Assembly: GCA_963775425.1 (NCBI GenBank)
Contig: CAVZJB010000005.1
Location: 128,001-192,000 of the forward strand
DNA from: an uncultured delta proteobacterium
Lineage (GTDB): Bacteria; Myxococcota; UBA727; VGSZ01
Reading direction: 5' to 3'
DNA: 64,000 nt
In this document: piece after piece, positions 1 to 8,397 of the stretch
How positions within the stretch are numbered: position 1 is the stretch's first letter
Layout: the number at the start of each line of letters is the position of its first letter
Program-made: the position numbers and the translations under genes
Notes under the pieces: model-generated
The model's database searches: none
What the model was told of the DNA's origin: nothing
Seen by the model: the letters and a program-made list of their open reading frames with translations, nothing else

Positions 1-177
1 TCTTCCGTCGACAAACCCACGGTTGGGCCCTTGACTTTTGCGCGCGCTGCGGCTCCGAAAATGCGGCCTCCATGAGCGCCCGTCGAGGCCCCGTCGTGGT
101 GGCGCGCGCGTGCGTGCCTGCCGCGATCGACGCGTGGGTCGCGAGCGGCGGCCGCGCAGAGGAGTCGCCGCGCTCGA

Positions 178-1209
178 TCAACGAGGCCTGCGCGCGAGGC
201 GGGCGCACAGGTCCAGGGCGGCGCTCATCGACGACGCCGAGGCCGTCCCGCGCCCCGCGAGGGCGTCGGCGGTGCCGTGGTCCGGGCTCGTGCGCGGCAC
301 GCGCGCGCCCCAGGTGACGTTGATGCCGGTGCCGCCCACGAGGAGCTTGTAGGGCCCGAGCCCCTGGTCGTGGTGCATCGCGAGCACCGCGTCCGCGGGG
401 GCGCGCGTGCCCTGCGCGCGCGCGACGTCGGCGAAGAAGCCGTCCGCGGGGAGCGGTCCGCGCGCGTCGAGGCCGGCGGCGACGGCGCGGGCGACGGCGG
501 GCGCGACGACGTCGATCTCCTCCCGCCCGAACATGCCGCCCTCGCCCGCGTGCGGGTTCACCCCGAGCACGGCGATGCGCGGCGCGCGGCGCAGCCGGAG
601 GATCGCGCGCGCCGCCGCGTCGAGCCGGAGCAGCGCGCCGTCGAGCAGCGCGGGCGTCACCGCGCCCGCGACGTCCTTGAGCGCGACGTGCACCGTGGAG
701 AGCCCGAGCACGAACGGCGCGCCGGCAAACACCATGAGCACCCCCGGCGGCGGCGCGGGTCGCCGGCGTCCCGGCTCGCCGGCGGGTGCCGTCGCTTGTC
801 TCGCGCCGCCGAGGAAGCGCTCGACGATCTCCGTTTGCCCCGGGTACGCCACGCCGTCGACGACGAGGGCCCTCTTGCGCACGGGCGCGGTCACGATGCC
901 GTCGAGCGCGCCGCGCCGCGCCCACGCACACGCGAGCAGCAGCGCCGCGCGCTGGCTCTCGAGCGCGGCGTCGTCGACGGCGCCGGGCCTGACGCGGGCG
1001 CCGGGGTCGTCGACGTCGGCGACGGCGCACTCGATGCGGGCGAGCCGCGCCGGCCGCACGCGCGCCCGGCGGGCCCCCTCGAGGAGCTGCGCGCGCGACG
1101 CCATCCACACGAAGCGCACGCCCGGCGCGCGCGTCTCGGCGAGCGCGCGCGCGGCCACCTCGGGCCCGATGCCCGCGGGACACCCCGGGGTGACGCCGAC
1201 GCGAGTCAC
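178..1209 (-). CDS. pdxA: 4-hydroxythreonine-4-phosphate dehydrogenase PdxA
   Basis: Motifs G.PAGIGPEV, TAPVRK, PGQTE, STVHV, GVNPHAGEGG, GPLPADGFF, AMHHDQGL and RTSPDHGTA match the PdxA family. Confidence 0.93.
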   Translation of the reverse strand: MTRVGVTPGCPAGIGPEVAARALAETRAPGVRFVWMASRAQLLEGARRARVRPARLARIECAVADVDDPGARVRPGAVDDAALESQRAALLLACAWARRGALDGIVTAPVRKRALVVDGVAYPGQTEIVERFLGGARQATAPAGEPGRRRPAPPPGVLMVFAGAPFVLGLSTVHVALKDVAGAVTPALLDGALLRLDAAARAILRLRRAPRIAVLGVNPHAGEGGMFGREEIDVVAPAVARAVAAGLDARGPLPADGFFADVARAQGTRAPADAVLAMHHDQGLGPYKLLVGGTGINVTWGARVPRTSPDHGTADALAGRGTASASSMSAALDLCARLARRPR

Positions 1210-1221
1210 GCGGCGCGCGGG

Positions 1222-1551
1222 CTACACGACGTCGAAGGCGGAGCGGCCCTGGCGCAAGATGGCGACGCGCGTGCCGTCCTCGAGGACCACGTGCGGCCCC
1301 TGCGAGCGGTTGGCCTCGACGTGCCACGTGTCGCCCTGCTTGAGTACGCGCACGACGCCGTCCCGCATGAAGCGCAGCGAGCCCGAGAGCACCTTGCCGT
1401 TTTCCTCGCTCGGGTGCGTGAGGGCCGGGATGATCACGCCCTGCGCCGCCTCGATGACCTCGAGGGTCTTGCCGTCGACCTGGCCCAGCCGGGCGATCCG
1501 CAAGCCGCGCATACCGGGGATCTCGACGAAGGCGTTGTTTTCGACGTGCAT
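1222..1551 (-). CDS. small cupin-domain protein
   Basis: Cupin-like pattern IPALTHPSEE..VLSGSL.F......L..GD.W.V; GC-type codon usage. Confidence 0.7.
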   Translation of the reverse strand: MHVENNAFVEIPGMRGLRIARLGQVDGKTLEVIEAAQGVIIPALTHPSEENGKVLSGSLRFMRDGVVRVLKQGDTWHVEANRSQGPHVVLEDGTRVAILRQGRSAFDVV

Positions 1552-1600
1552 AGGGTGCGGAGCCTATCAGGGCGAAGCCACCGCGCGATAACATTGCCGC

Positions 1601-2221
1601 GTGCTGTTGCGGGCGCTCCCCCTCGTCGCCCTCTTTGTCTCGGGCATCCCGGTCGGAGACGACGGGCTGCCCGAAGAGAGCCCCTGGGCCGCCCGCGACG
1701 CCGCTGCGCCCGAGGCGGCGTGCGCCCCGCCGGTGCCGGGCTTTCTCACCCTCGAGACCAAGCCGTGGACCATCGTCTACGTCGACGGCCTCTACGCCGG
1801 CTCGACGCCGCTGTTCCGCGAGCGGCTCACCGCCGGCACGCACACGCTCACGCTGGTCAACGAGGCGCGCGCCATCTCCAGGAACGAGGACGTCGTCATC
1901 GAAGAGGGCAGGGCGCGCAAGCTCAAGCTCGTGCTCGCCGTCGACGACAGCGCGGCCGCCCTCGACAACACCACCGTCGTAGGACTGACGCCGGAGGACT
2001 GCGCGCTGCCGCCCGACGAGGCTGCGAGCCTCAGCGTCGATACGCAGCCGTGGTCGCGCGTCTTCGTCGACGGTCGGCTGGTCGGATCCACGCCGCTGTT
2101 CAAGTACGCGATCGCCGCCGGCGACCACGTTGTGCGCCTCGTGCGCGCCGACGGCAGGGCCGCCTTCGCCCGCTTCAACGCCGCCGCCGGCGAGACCGTC
2201 AAGCTCGCCCTCGCCCTGTAG
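1601..2221 (+). CDS. secreted protein with two PEGA domains
   Basis: N-terminal hydrophobic signal; two copies of T.PW..V.VDG...GSTPL....L.AG.H. Confidence 0.85.
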   Translation: MLLRALPLVALFVSGIPVGDDGLPEESPWAARDAAAPEAACAPPVPGFLTLETKPWTIVYVDGLYAGSTPLFRERLTAGTHTLTLVNEARAISRNEDVVIEEGRARKLKLVLAVDDSAAALDNTTVVGLTPEDCALPPDEAASLSVDTQPWSRVFVDGRLVGSTPLFKYAIAAGDHVVRLVRADGRAAFARFNAAAGETVKLALAL

Positions 2222-2230
2222 GAGAAACGC

Positions 2231-2259
2231 GCACCGGATCCGCCGCAATGCCGATAACC
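2231..2259 (+). promoter_or_regulatory. putative sigma28 (FliA/WhiG)-type promoter
   Basis: GCAC-N15-GCCGATAACC; GCCGATAA is the sigma28 -10 consensus; GGAGG RBS at 2268-2272 and ATG at 2278. Confidence 0.6.
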
Positions 2260-2277
2260 GAGTGCCGGGAGGTTTCG

Positions 2278-3075
2278 ATGTCCACGATGTCCCTGACGCA
2301 CAACCCCGTCTCCGACCTGATGCACCTGCGCTGGGGCGTGAGCTCCGTGAAGACGGCGCAGGCGACCATCCAGGCGCAAAACGTCCGCGGCGTCGGGTCC
2401 TTCCTGCAGAGCTTCGGCGTCAGCGGCTCCACGCTCGAGCGCCTCGGCATGAGCTCGGTGAACGCCCAGGCGGTGCTCGGGGCCGAGGGGTGGCGCGGCA
2501 GCGTCAACGTCTCGCGCCAGCTCTCCCAGAGCCTCACGTCCACCCGCCCGGTGTCGACGCTGCTCGAGAGCGTGCGCAACGGCTGGGGCTCGTTCGAGAC
2601 CCAGATGCCCCGGCTCTCCGGCGCGGCCAAGAGCGCCGCCGGCGTCTGCAAGTCCGCGGCGACGGGGCTCGCCGGCGGCTGCAAGAGCGCGCTGGCGGCC
2701 GCCAAGTCGAGCGGCTTCTTCGGGAGCATCTTCAACGGCGTCAGCGGCCTGATGTCGAGCGTGGGGCGCGTCGCGGGACCGATCCTCGGGCCGCTGGCCA
2801 AGATCGCCGCGCCCATCACCAACGCGCTCAAGGGCGTCGGCAACTTCATGCGGATGATCCCGGGGCTCAACCTGATCTTCGCCGCCACCGACACCTTCAA
2901 GGCCGTCACCTCCCTGTTCGACCCGAACAAGAGCTGGAGCGAGAAGCTCGCCAACCTCGGCAAGGCCGCGCTGTCCATCGGCGCCGCCCTCCCCATCCCG
3001 GGCGCCTCGCTCCTCGGCGGCGCCCGCGGCGCCTGGGCCATCGGCGACGCGGCCGGGAGCCTGCTCGGGAAGTGA
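2278..3075 (+). CDS. hypothetical Gly/Ala/Ser-rich protein with hydrophobic C-terminal helices (265 aa)
   Basis: C-terminal part of ORF 277..3075; GGAGG precedes ATG 2278; no Sec signal; C-terminus IPGLNLIFAATD...AALSIGAALPIPGASLLGG. Confidence 0.8.
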   Translation: MSTMSLTHNPVSDLMHLRWGVSSVKTAQATIQAQNVRGVGSFLQSFGVSGSTLERLGMSSVNAQAVLGAEGWRGSVNVSRQLSQSLTSTRPVSTLLESVRNGWGSFETQMPRLSGAAKSAAGVCKSAATGLAGGCKSALAAAKSSGFFGSIFNGVSGLMSSVGRVAGPILGPLAKIAAPITNALKGVGNFMRMIPGLNLIFAATDTFKAVTSLFDPNKSWSEKLANLGKAALSIGAALPIPGASLLGGARGAWAIGDAAGSLLGK

Positions 3076-3096
3076 CGACCCGCGTATAGTTCGCGC

Positions 3097-4128
3097 GTGG
3101 CGTTCAACCTCAAAGACGACCCCCGGATGCGGCAGCGCCTCGAGGGCGCTGTCGGGCTCTCCCCCAAGGACATCGACGCGCCGGCGGCGGAGCTGCCGCC
3201 GCTGTCGTCCATCTCCGTCAAGCTCTCGGTCCCCGACCCTCCCGGCGAGATGGAGATCCTCGAGCGCTACCGCCAGAAGCTCCGCGACCTCGCGGTCATC
3301 ACGTCGAAGAAGCCCGGCGAGCCGGTGGCCCTCGGCGACGAGGTCTGCGTGTGCACCGTCGGGCACATCGCCGGCGCCATCTTCGCGGGCAGCATCAGGA
3401 ACAACCACTGGATGGAGATGGTCCCCGACGACTCGCTGCCGGGCTTCGTCGAGCAGCTCGCGGGCATGCCCGTCGGCGGCGCCGGCGTCATCCCCGTCGT
3501 CGTCGGCGACAAGGTCGCCGCCATGGCCGTCCGCGTCGCCGCCGCGCAGAGCGTCGACATGCCGGACCCCGAGGACCCCGCGTCCCTCGGCGTCGCCGAC
3601 ACCCTCGAGGGCACCCTGGAGGTCGTCGGACGCGAGCTGTTGCAGGAGGCCGAAGAGGCGACGCCGCTTCGGGCGATGAACGCGGTGATGAAGGAGCTCG
3701 CGACGCGCGCCGTCGTCGAGGTCCCGTCGACCGCCGTCGACGCGGAGATCCAGCGCGTCTGGCGCCTCGCCGAGGGCGACGCCTGCATCGCGCTCGGCCT
3801 CACCGTCGACGAGCAGCAGGAGGCGCTCAAGCTGTGGCTCGCCGACGCCGGCGTCCGCGCCGAGGCCACCGAGCGGCTCAAGAGCTGGGCGGCGCTCAAG
3901 GCGGTCGTGGCCAACGACGCGCTCACGCCGACGCCCGAGGGCTGGCGCCGCTTCCTTCAGTCCTTCGCGCCCGTGCTCGGGCAGACGCGGGAATTCCTCC
4001 AGGCGGAGATCGACAAGGACCCGAAGGTGAAGGCGGAGCTCGCCGAGCTCGCGTTCCAGATGCAAGTGGTCGACCACGTCATGGAGAGCGTGCGCGTCGA
4101 GATCGTGGAAAAAGCAACGGGCCCGTGA
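3097..4128 (+). CDS. trigger-factor-like protein (FKBP-like + C-terminal chaperone domain, no ribosome-binding domain)
   Basis: GDEV.V..VG...G..F.G, LPGFVEQLAGM.VG and VEVP.TAVDAEI resemble trigger factor domains 2-3; the GFRxGxxP motif is absent. Confidence 0.75.
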   Translation: MAFNLKDDPRMRQRLEGAVGLSPKDIDAPAAELPPLSSISVKLSVPDPPGEMEILERYRQKLRDLAVITSKKPGEPVALGDEVCVCTVGHIAGAIFAGSIRNNHWMEMVPDDSLPGFVEQLAGMPVGGAGVIPVVVGDKVAAMAVRVAAAQSVDMPDPEDPASLGVADTLEGTLEVVGRELLQEAEEATPLRAMNAVMKELATRAVVEVPSTAVDAEIQRVWRLAEGDACIALGLTVDEQQEALKLWLADAGVRAEATERLKSWAALKAVVANDALTPTPEGWRRFLQSFAPVLGQTREFLQAEIDKDPKVKAELAELAFQMQVVDHVMESVRVEIVEKATGP

Positions 4129-4139
4129 GGGCCCGCTGC
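4109..4139 (-). terminator. rho-independent terminator of the 4163-4516 gene
   Basis: Stem GCA-A-CGGGCCC / GGGCCCG-C-TGC with a 4-nt loop; AAAAA at 4109-4113 gives a U-tract on the minus strand. Confidence 0.65.
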
Positions 4140-4162
4140 AGTCCCACGGGTGTCGCTGCCGG

Positions 4163-4516
4163 TCACTCGATCCAGTTGGCGAACTGCGCGGCGGTGGCGT
4201 AGCCGGCGGCCCCGCCGATGGGGCCGAACGCGCTGCCGGCGACGGTGCCGCCGACGAGGGCGCCGAGGCCCACGGTGCCGCGCGCCACGTTGAGCGGGCC
4301 CTCGGCGAGGTCACCGACCATGCCCAGCGTGCCCTTGATGGCGTCGCCGGGGATGGAGGTCCAGTTGAGGGTCAGGAAGTCCTTGGCGACGGTGCCCACG
4401 GTCTTGAGCCCGTCCCACGCGGCCTTGAAGGGGCTGATGATCGTCTGGCCGACGCCCTTGACGATGTCTCCGATGCCCTTGAACGGCGCGCTGACGAGGT
4501 TGCTGAAGAAGCCCAT
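4163..4516 (-). CDS. small glycine-zipper protein (117 aa), bacteriocin/pore-former-like
   Basis: GGAGG then ATG at 4516 (MGFFSNLVSAPFKG...); amphipathic Gly-rich N-half; C-terminal GLGALVGGTVAGSAFGPIGGAAG zipper. Confidence 0.8.
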   Translation of the reverse strand: MGFFSNLVSAPFKGIGDIVKGVGQTIISPFKAAWDGLKTVGTVAKDFLTLNWTSIPGDAIKGTLGMVGDLAEGPLNVARGTVGLGALVGGTVAGSAFGPIGGAAGYATAAQFANWIE

Positions 4517-4558
4517 GGTGTCGCCTCCCTGATCGTGTGTGTGTGTTGGATGCGCGTT

Positions 4559-4587
4559 GGTTATCGGCGCGGGGGCCTCGGGGATGC
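4559..4587 (-). promoter_or_regulatory. putative sigma28-type promoter
   Basis: Minus strand reads GCAT-N15-GCCGATAACC, followed by a CA-rich leader and GGAGG before ATG 4516. Confidence 0.6.
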
Positions 4588-4618
4588 CTACCTCCACGCA
4601 GATCCGCGCCTACCGACG

Positions 4619-5155
4619 TCAGATGCGGCGGGGCCCCTTGCCGAGCTGGTCCGGCCGCAGCGCCCCCTCGGGCGGTTTGTCCCCCACTTTCGCGGGGATG
4701 GGACGGTCCTTGCCGCCGGTCACGGCGGTGGCGGCGACGGTGGCGGACTGCTGCTCGAAGCGCGCCTTGGTGTCCATGTCGACCAACTGGTAGCGCAGCA
4801 CCGCCTCGTTGATGAGGATCACGAGGCCGGTCGCCAGGTCGTTTTTGTGCATCTTCTGGTGGAGAAAAGCCGCCATCAACAGGAGGTCGTCGAGGGCCTT
4901 TCTGTGGGTGCTCGCCGTGCGGGCGGCGTCGAGCTGCTTCCACCAATCCGCCGCGATCTCCGGGGTCCATTGGTCGCGAAAGCCCTGGCCGTCGTCCGTG
5001 AGGAGCATCGTGAGCGTGCGCAGACAGATGTCGTGGACGCCGCGGTCCTTGAACATCTTCTCGAGCTCCGCCCACTTGGCGTCGAGCTGGGACTTCTCTT
5101 CGGGGCTGAAGCTTTCGTCGGCGCCCGGGGCGCCACCCTTGGGATCATCGGTCAT
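4619..5155 (-). CDS. hypothetical helical cytoplasmic protein
   Basis: 178 aa ORF with coding-like composition, 14 nt downstream of the kinase/PP2C gene. Confidence 0.75.
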   Translation of the reverse strand: MTDDPKGGAPGADESFSPEEKSQLDAKWAELEKMFKDRGVHDICLRTLTMLLTDDGQGFRDQWTPEIAADWWKQLDAARTASTHRKALDDLLLMAAFLHQKMHKNDLATGLVILINEAVLRYQLVDMDTKARFEQQSATVAATAVTGGKDRPIPAKVGDKPPEGALRPDQLGKGPRRI

Positions 5156-5169
5156 GGCGTGAGCCTACC

Positions 5170-7356
5170 TCATTGCACGGGGTGAACGGCGACGACGACG
5201 CAGGAGATGTTGTCGAATCCTCCCGCGCGGTTCGCGAGCACCACGAGCTCGAACGCGGCGCGCGCGGGGTCCTCGAATTCGAGGAGCGTCTCGAGCATCT
5301 TGAGATCGGTGTCGTTGGGGGGCGCGCCGGGGCCGGCGGCGAAGTCGGCGATGCCGTCGCTGCAGATGAGGATGCGGTCGCCGGGGAGCAGGCGCAGACG
5401 GAACGCCTCTGGCTCGAAGGGGTCGGGCCGGGTGGTGCCGTCGTCGTCGACGATGACGCGGCCGACGACGCGGGTGAGCGCGGTGCCCATCTGCACCTGC
5501 GCGGCCTCGCGGAAGGTGAGGCCCATGCGCAGCGCGTCGGTGGTGCGGTCGTGGTCGATGGTGATCTGCTCGATGACGCCGTCGCGGATGAGGTACGCGC
5601 GGGAGTCGCCGAGGTTGCCGATGGTGGCCTCGCCGTGGACCACGAACATCGCGCACATGGTGGCGCTCATGACCTGGTTGGGCTCGTTGGCGACGGGCGC
5701 GTACTTGGCGTTGACCTCGGCGCTGATGCGCTTGCCGGCGCTGCGCGAGATCTGCTTCATGATGTCGGCGCGCTGCCCGTGGTTGAGCTCGAGGGCCGCC
5801 TGGCCGCCCTTCTCGAGGCCCGTCCAGCGCTGCAGCGCCGCGATCTCCACCTGCTCCGCGGCGAAGGCGCCGTCGCCGAACTTCGAGCGCGAGACGCCGT
5901 CGGAGATCATGTAGAGGCCGATGCGCGCGTTCTCGTCGGTGACGGAGAGCGCGCGGTCCTGTTGGCCCGAGCCGCGGCGCGCCTTGGCGAGACCGGTGTG
6001 CTGCTCGGCCCACGCCTCGAGGACGACGTCGGACTGGCTCTCCGCCGCGCGCGCCTCCTCGATGAGGCGCGTGCGCGCCTGCTCGAGCGCGCGCTTGAGG
6101 GCGCGCGCCCAGCCGACGCGGCGGGCGGGGTTGGGCTCGAGGCACGGGCGCAGATACGGCCAGATGCCGAGCGGGCACTCCGGGCGGAACACGCGCGGCG
6201 ACACGAGCATCGCGGGCTCGACGTCGGTCTCGAGCGGCGCGCGCTTGGCGAGCAGCGCGTACAACAGGAGCGCCACCGAATACACGTCGCTGTGCGCGCC
6301 CATGCGGTACGTCATGCGCCGCCGCACCTCGGGCGCGCAAAACAGGCCGAGGGCGCCGGTGGGCAGCGCCCCGGCGCCGTACAGGCCGCTCACGGCGTAG
6401 AAGCGGACGCGCCCGCCCCGCTCGATGACGATCTGGCTCGGGTCGAGGTCGTAGATGAACTGCCCGGCGCCGTGGAGGCTCTCGAGCAGCTCCGCCAGCT
6501 CGATGCCGAGCTCGAGCGTGGCCATGGCGGGGAGGATGCGCTCGTCGTCGTTGAGGTAGTCGACGACGGTGTTTCCCTTGGGCCGCTCGAAGACGCGTAC
6601 CGCAGCGCGCTCGAGGGTGACGCGGCAGCGCGGGCGCACCACGCGCGGATCGGGGAGGTGCGGCCAGGGCGGCTCCGGCATGGTGGTGGCCGTCCACACC
6701 GCGGTGAACGCCTGCTCCTCTCCCTCGAGCCGGGCTCGATAGAAGACGCTGCCGTTCTGCTCGCCGAGGGAGTCCTCGAGCTTGACCACCAGGCCGTCGT
6801 CGGCCCGGAGCGGCTCGCCGGGCTCCGGGGGCAGGGGGCCGACGTCGGTGCCGGCGTCCTCGACGATGGGCGCGCCCTCGACGGTGGCGCCGTCCTCCAC
6901 GGGCTCTTGATCGTTCGACTTCTCGTCCTGCGTGCCGGGGCCCCGGAGGGGAATCTCGAGATCCGCGGTCTTCTCCTGCAGGGGGTCGTTGTCGTCGCTG
7001 TATGCCGGGAGCGACGCCGCCGTGAGCTCGTCGAAGGGCAGCGCCGCGACGTCGCCGGGCGGGAGCGTGGCCGCTGCCTCGACGACGGCCTCGAGGACGT
7101 CGGGCGGCCCGATGTTCGCCGCGGCGGGGGGGACGGGGTCATCGGCCCCATCGAGGGCGGCCAGCAAGGGCTTGCTGACCTCGGCCGTGGGCCCCTCGAA
7201 GGGATCGCCGCTGACGAGATCTCCGAGCGGATCCGACGAGGGCATCGTCGCGCGGTGCGCGATGCTCGGGCGCTCCGTGGTGGCCTCGGACAACACCTCC
7301 ACCTGCGCCGGCACGGGTCCGGTCGTCGGCTTCTTGTTGTCCGGAGGGTTCGTCAC
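5170..7356 (-). CDS. pseudokinase-PP2C phosphatase fusion with acidic disordered N-terminus
   Basis: PP2C motifs ISDGV, NLGDSRAY, QITIDH, ICSDG and GGFDNIS; degenerate kinase (YDLDPSQ, FCAPE, SDVYS). Confidence 0.85.
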   Translation of the reverse strand: MTNPPDNKKPTTGPVPAQVEVLSEATTERPSIAHRATMPSSDPLGDLVSGDPFEGPTAEVSKPLLAALDGADDPVPPAAANIGPPDVLEAVVEAAATLPPGDVAALPFDELTAASLPAYSDDNDPLQEKTADLEIPLRGPGTQDEKSNDQEPVEDGATVEGAPIVEDAGTDVGPLPPEPGEPLRADDGLVVKLEDSLGEQNGSVFYRARLEGEEQAFTAVWTATTMPEPPWPHLPDPRVVRPRCRVTLERAAVRVFERPKGNTVVDYLNDDERILPAMATLELGIELAELLESLHGAGQFIYDLDPSQIVIERGGRVRFYAVSGLYGAGALPTGALGLFCAPEVRRRMTYRMGAHSDVYSVALLLYALLAKRAPLETDVEPAMLVSPRVFRPECPLGIWPYLRPCLEPNPARRVGWARALKRALEQARTRLIEEARAAESQSDVVLEAWAEQHTGLAKARRGSGQQDRALSVTDENARIGLYMISDGVSRSKFGDGAFAAEQVEIAALQRWTGLEKGGQAALELNHGQRADIMKQISRSAGKRISAEVNAKYAPVANEPNQVMSATMCAMFVVHGEATIGNLGDSRAYLIRDGVIEQITIDHDRTTDALRMGLTFREAAQVQMGTALTRVVGRVIVDDDGTTRPDPFEPEAFRLRLLPGDRILICSDGIADFAAGPGAPPNDTDLKMLETLLEFEDPARAAFELVVLANRAGGFDNISCVVVAVHPVQ

Positions 7357-7433
7357 CGATTGGTTTTGACACAGCGGGACGCTAGGAATCCACCCCGTAG
7401 GTCCGCTGTTTACTTCGGCCCAGGAGACCCCTC

Positions 7434-8363
7434 GTGCATCCCGTCCTCTTTCGCATCCCCGGCGTCGACTGGCCGTTGCACACCTACGGGGTGCTCATCG
7501 TCACCGGCTTTCTGCTCGCCATGTACGTCGCCCACCGGGAGGCCAGGCGGCAGGGCCGCTACGCCGACGAGGTGCTCGACTTCGCCTTCTGGGCGCTCCT
7601 CGGCGGCATGATCGGCGCCCGCGTCGTCTTCATCATCGTCAACTGGCACGAGTACTTCGTCGATCACCCGATCGACCACGTCTTCGGCATCCCCATCCCG
7701 TCGGTCCTCGTCATCTGGAAGGGCGGCCTCGTGTTCTACGGGGCGGCGCTCGGCGGCTTCGCGGCCTTCATGTGGTACACGAACAAGCACGGCATCCGCG
7801 GCGTGGACAAGCTCTTCCTCGCCGACATTCTGGTCGTCGGCGTCCCTCTCGCGCACGTGTTCGGTCGCCTCGGCTGCGTCTCCGCCGGGTGCTGCTGGGG
7901 CGACCTCGCCGGTCACCTCGACGCCGCCGGCCACGTCGTGCAGACGTTCCCGCTGGGCATCCGCTTCCCCGAGGGCGCGCTCGCCTACCAGAGCCTGATC
8001 GGCAGCGTGGATCCCGACGTGGCGTCGTGGATGCGCGAGCACCACAGCACCTTGCCGCTCATCCCCACGCAGCTCATGGAGAGCTTCGGTGAGGGGTGCG
8101 TCTTCATGATCTTGATGGTGGTGCGCTCGCGGAAGTGGTTCCACGGCCAGGTGCTCCTCACCTACGGCATCCTCTACCCCATCCTGCGCTCCATCATGGA
8201 GATGATGCGCGGCGACACCGAGCGCGGCTATGTCATCCCCGGCCTGCTGTCGACGAGCCAGTTCATCTCGATCGGCGTGGCGCTCGCTTCGCTCGTCACC
8301 ATCCTGGTGCTGCGCAAGCGCGGGATGACGAGCGCGGCGGCGCCGGTCGCGCCCGCCGAATAG
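7434..8363 (+). CDS. lgt: prolipoprotein diacylglyceryl transferase
   Basis: MHPVL, YG motif, GAR, WKGGLVFYG, GRLGC..AGCCWG, PTQL.E, and R...E..RGD. Confidence 0.95.
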   Translation: MHPVLFRIPGVDWPLHTYGVLIVTGFLLAMYVAHREARRQGRYADEVLDFAFWALLGGMIGARVVFIIVNWHEYFVDHPIDHVFGIPIPSVLVIWKGGLVFYGAALGGFAAFMWYTNKHGIRGVDKLFLADILVVGVPLAHVFGRLGCVSAGCCWGDLAGHLDAAGHVVQTFPLGIRFPEGALAYQSLIGSVDPDVASWMREHHSTLPLIPTQLMESFGEGCVFMILMVVRSRKWFHGQVLLTYGILYPILRSIMEMMRGDTERGYVIPGLLSTSQFISIGVALASLVTILVLRKRGMTSAAAPVAPAE

Positions 8364-8397
8364 CGCACCACCTTCGTGGTGCGCGTGCCCCCGTGGG

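Noticed and set aside
31-62. TTGACT...GAAAAT sigma70-like promoter
   Set aside because: 20-nt spacing, and no credible + strand gene downstream.
277-2277. N-terminal two-thirds of the 932-aa ORF 277..3075
   Set aside because: Overlaps pdxA, the cupin gene and the PEGA gene; Arg-rich non-coding composition. The real start is ATG 2278 with an RBS.
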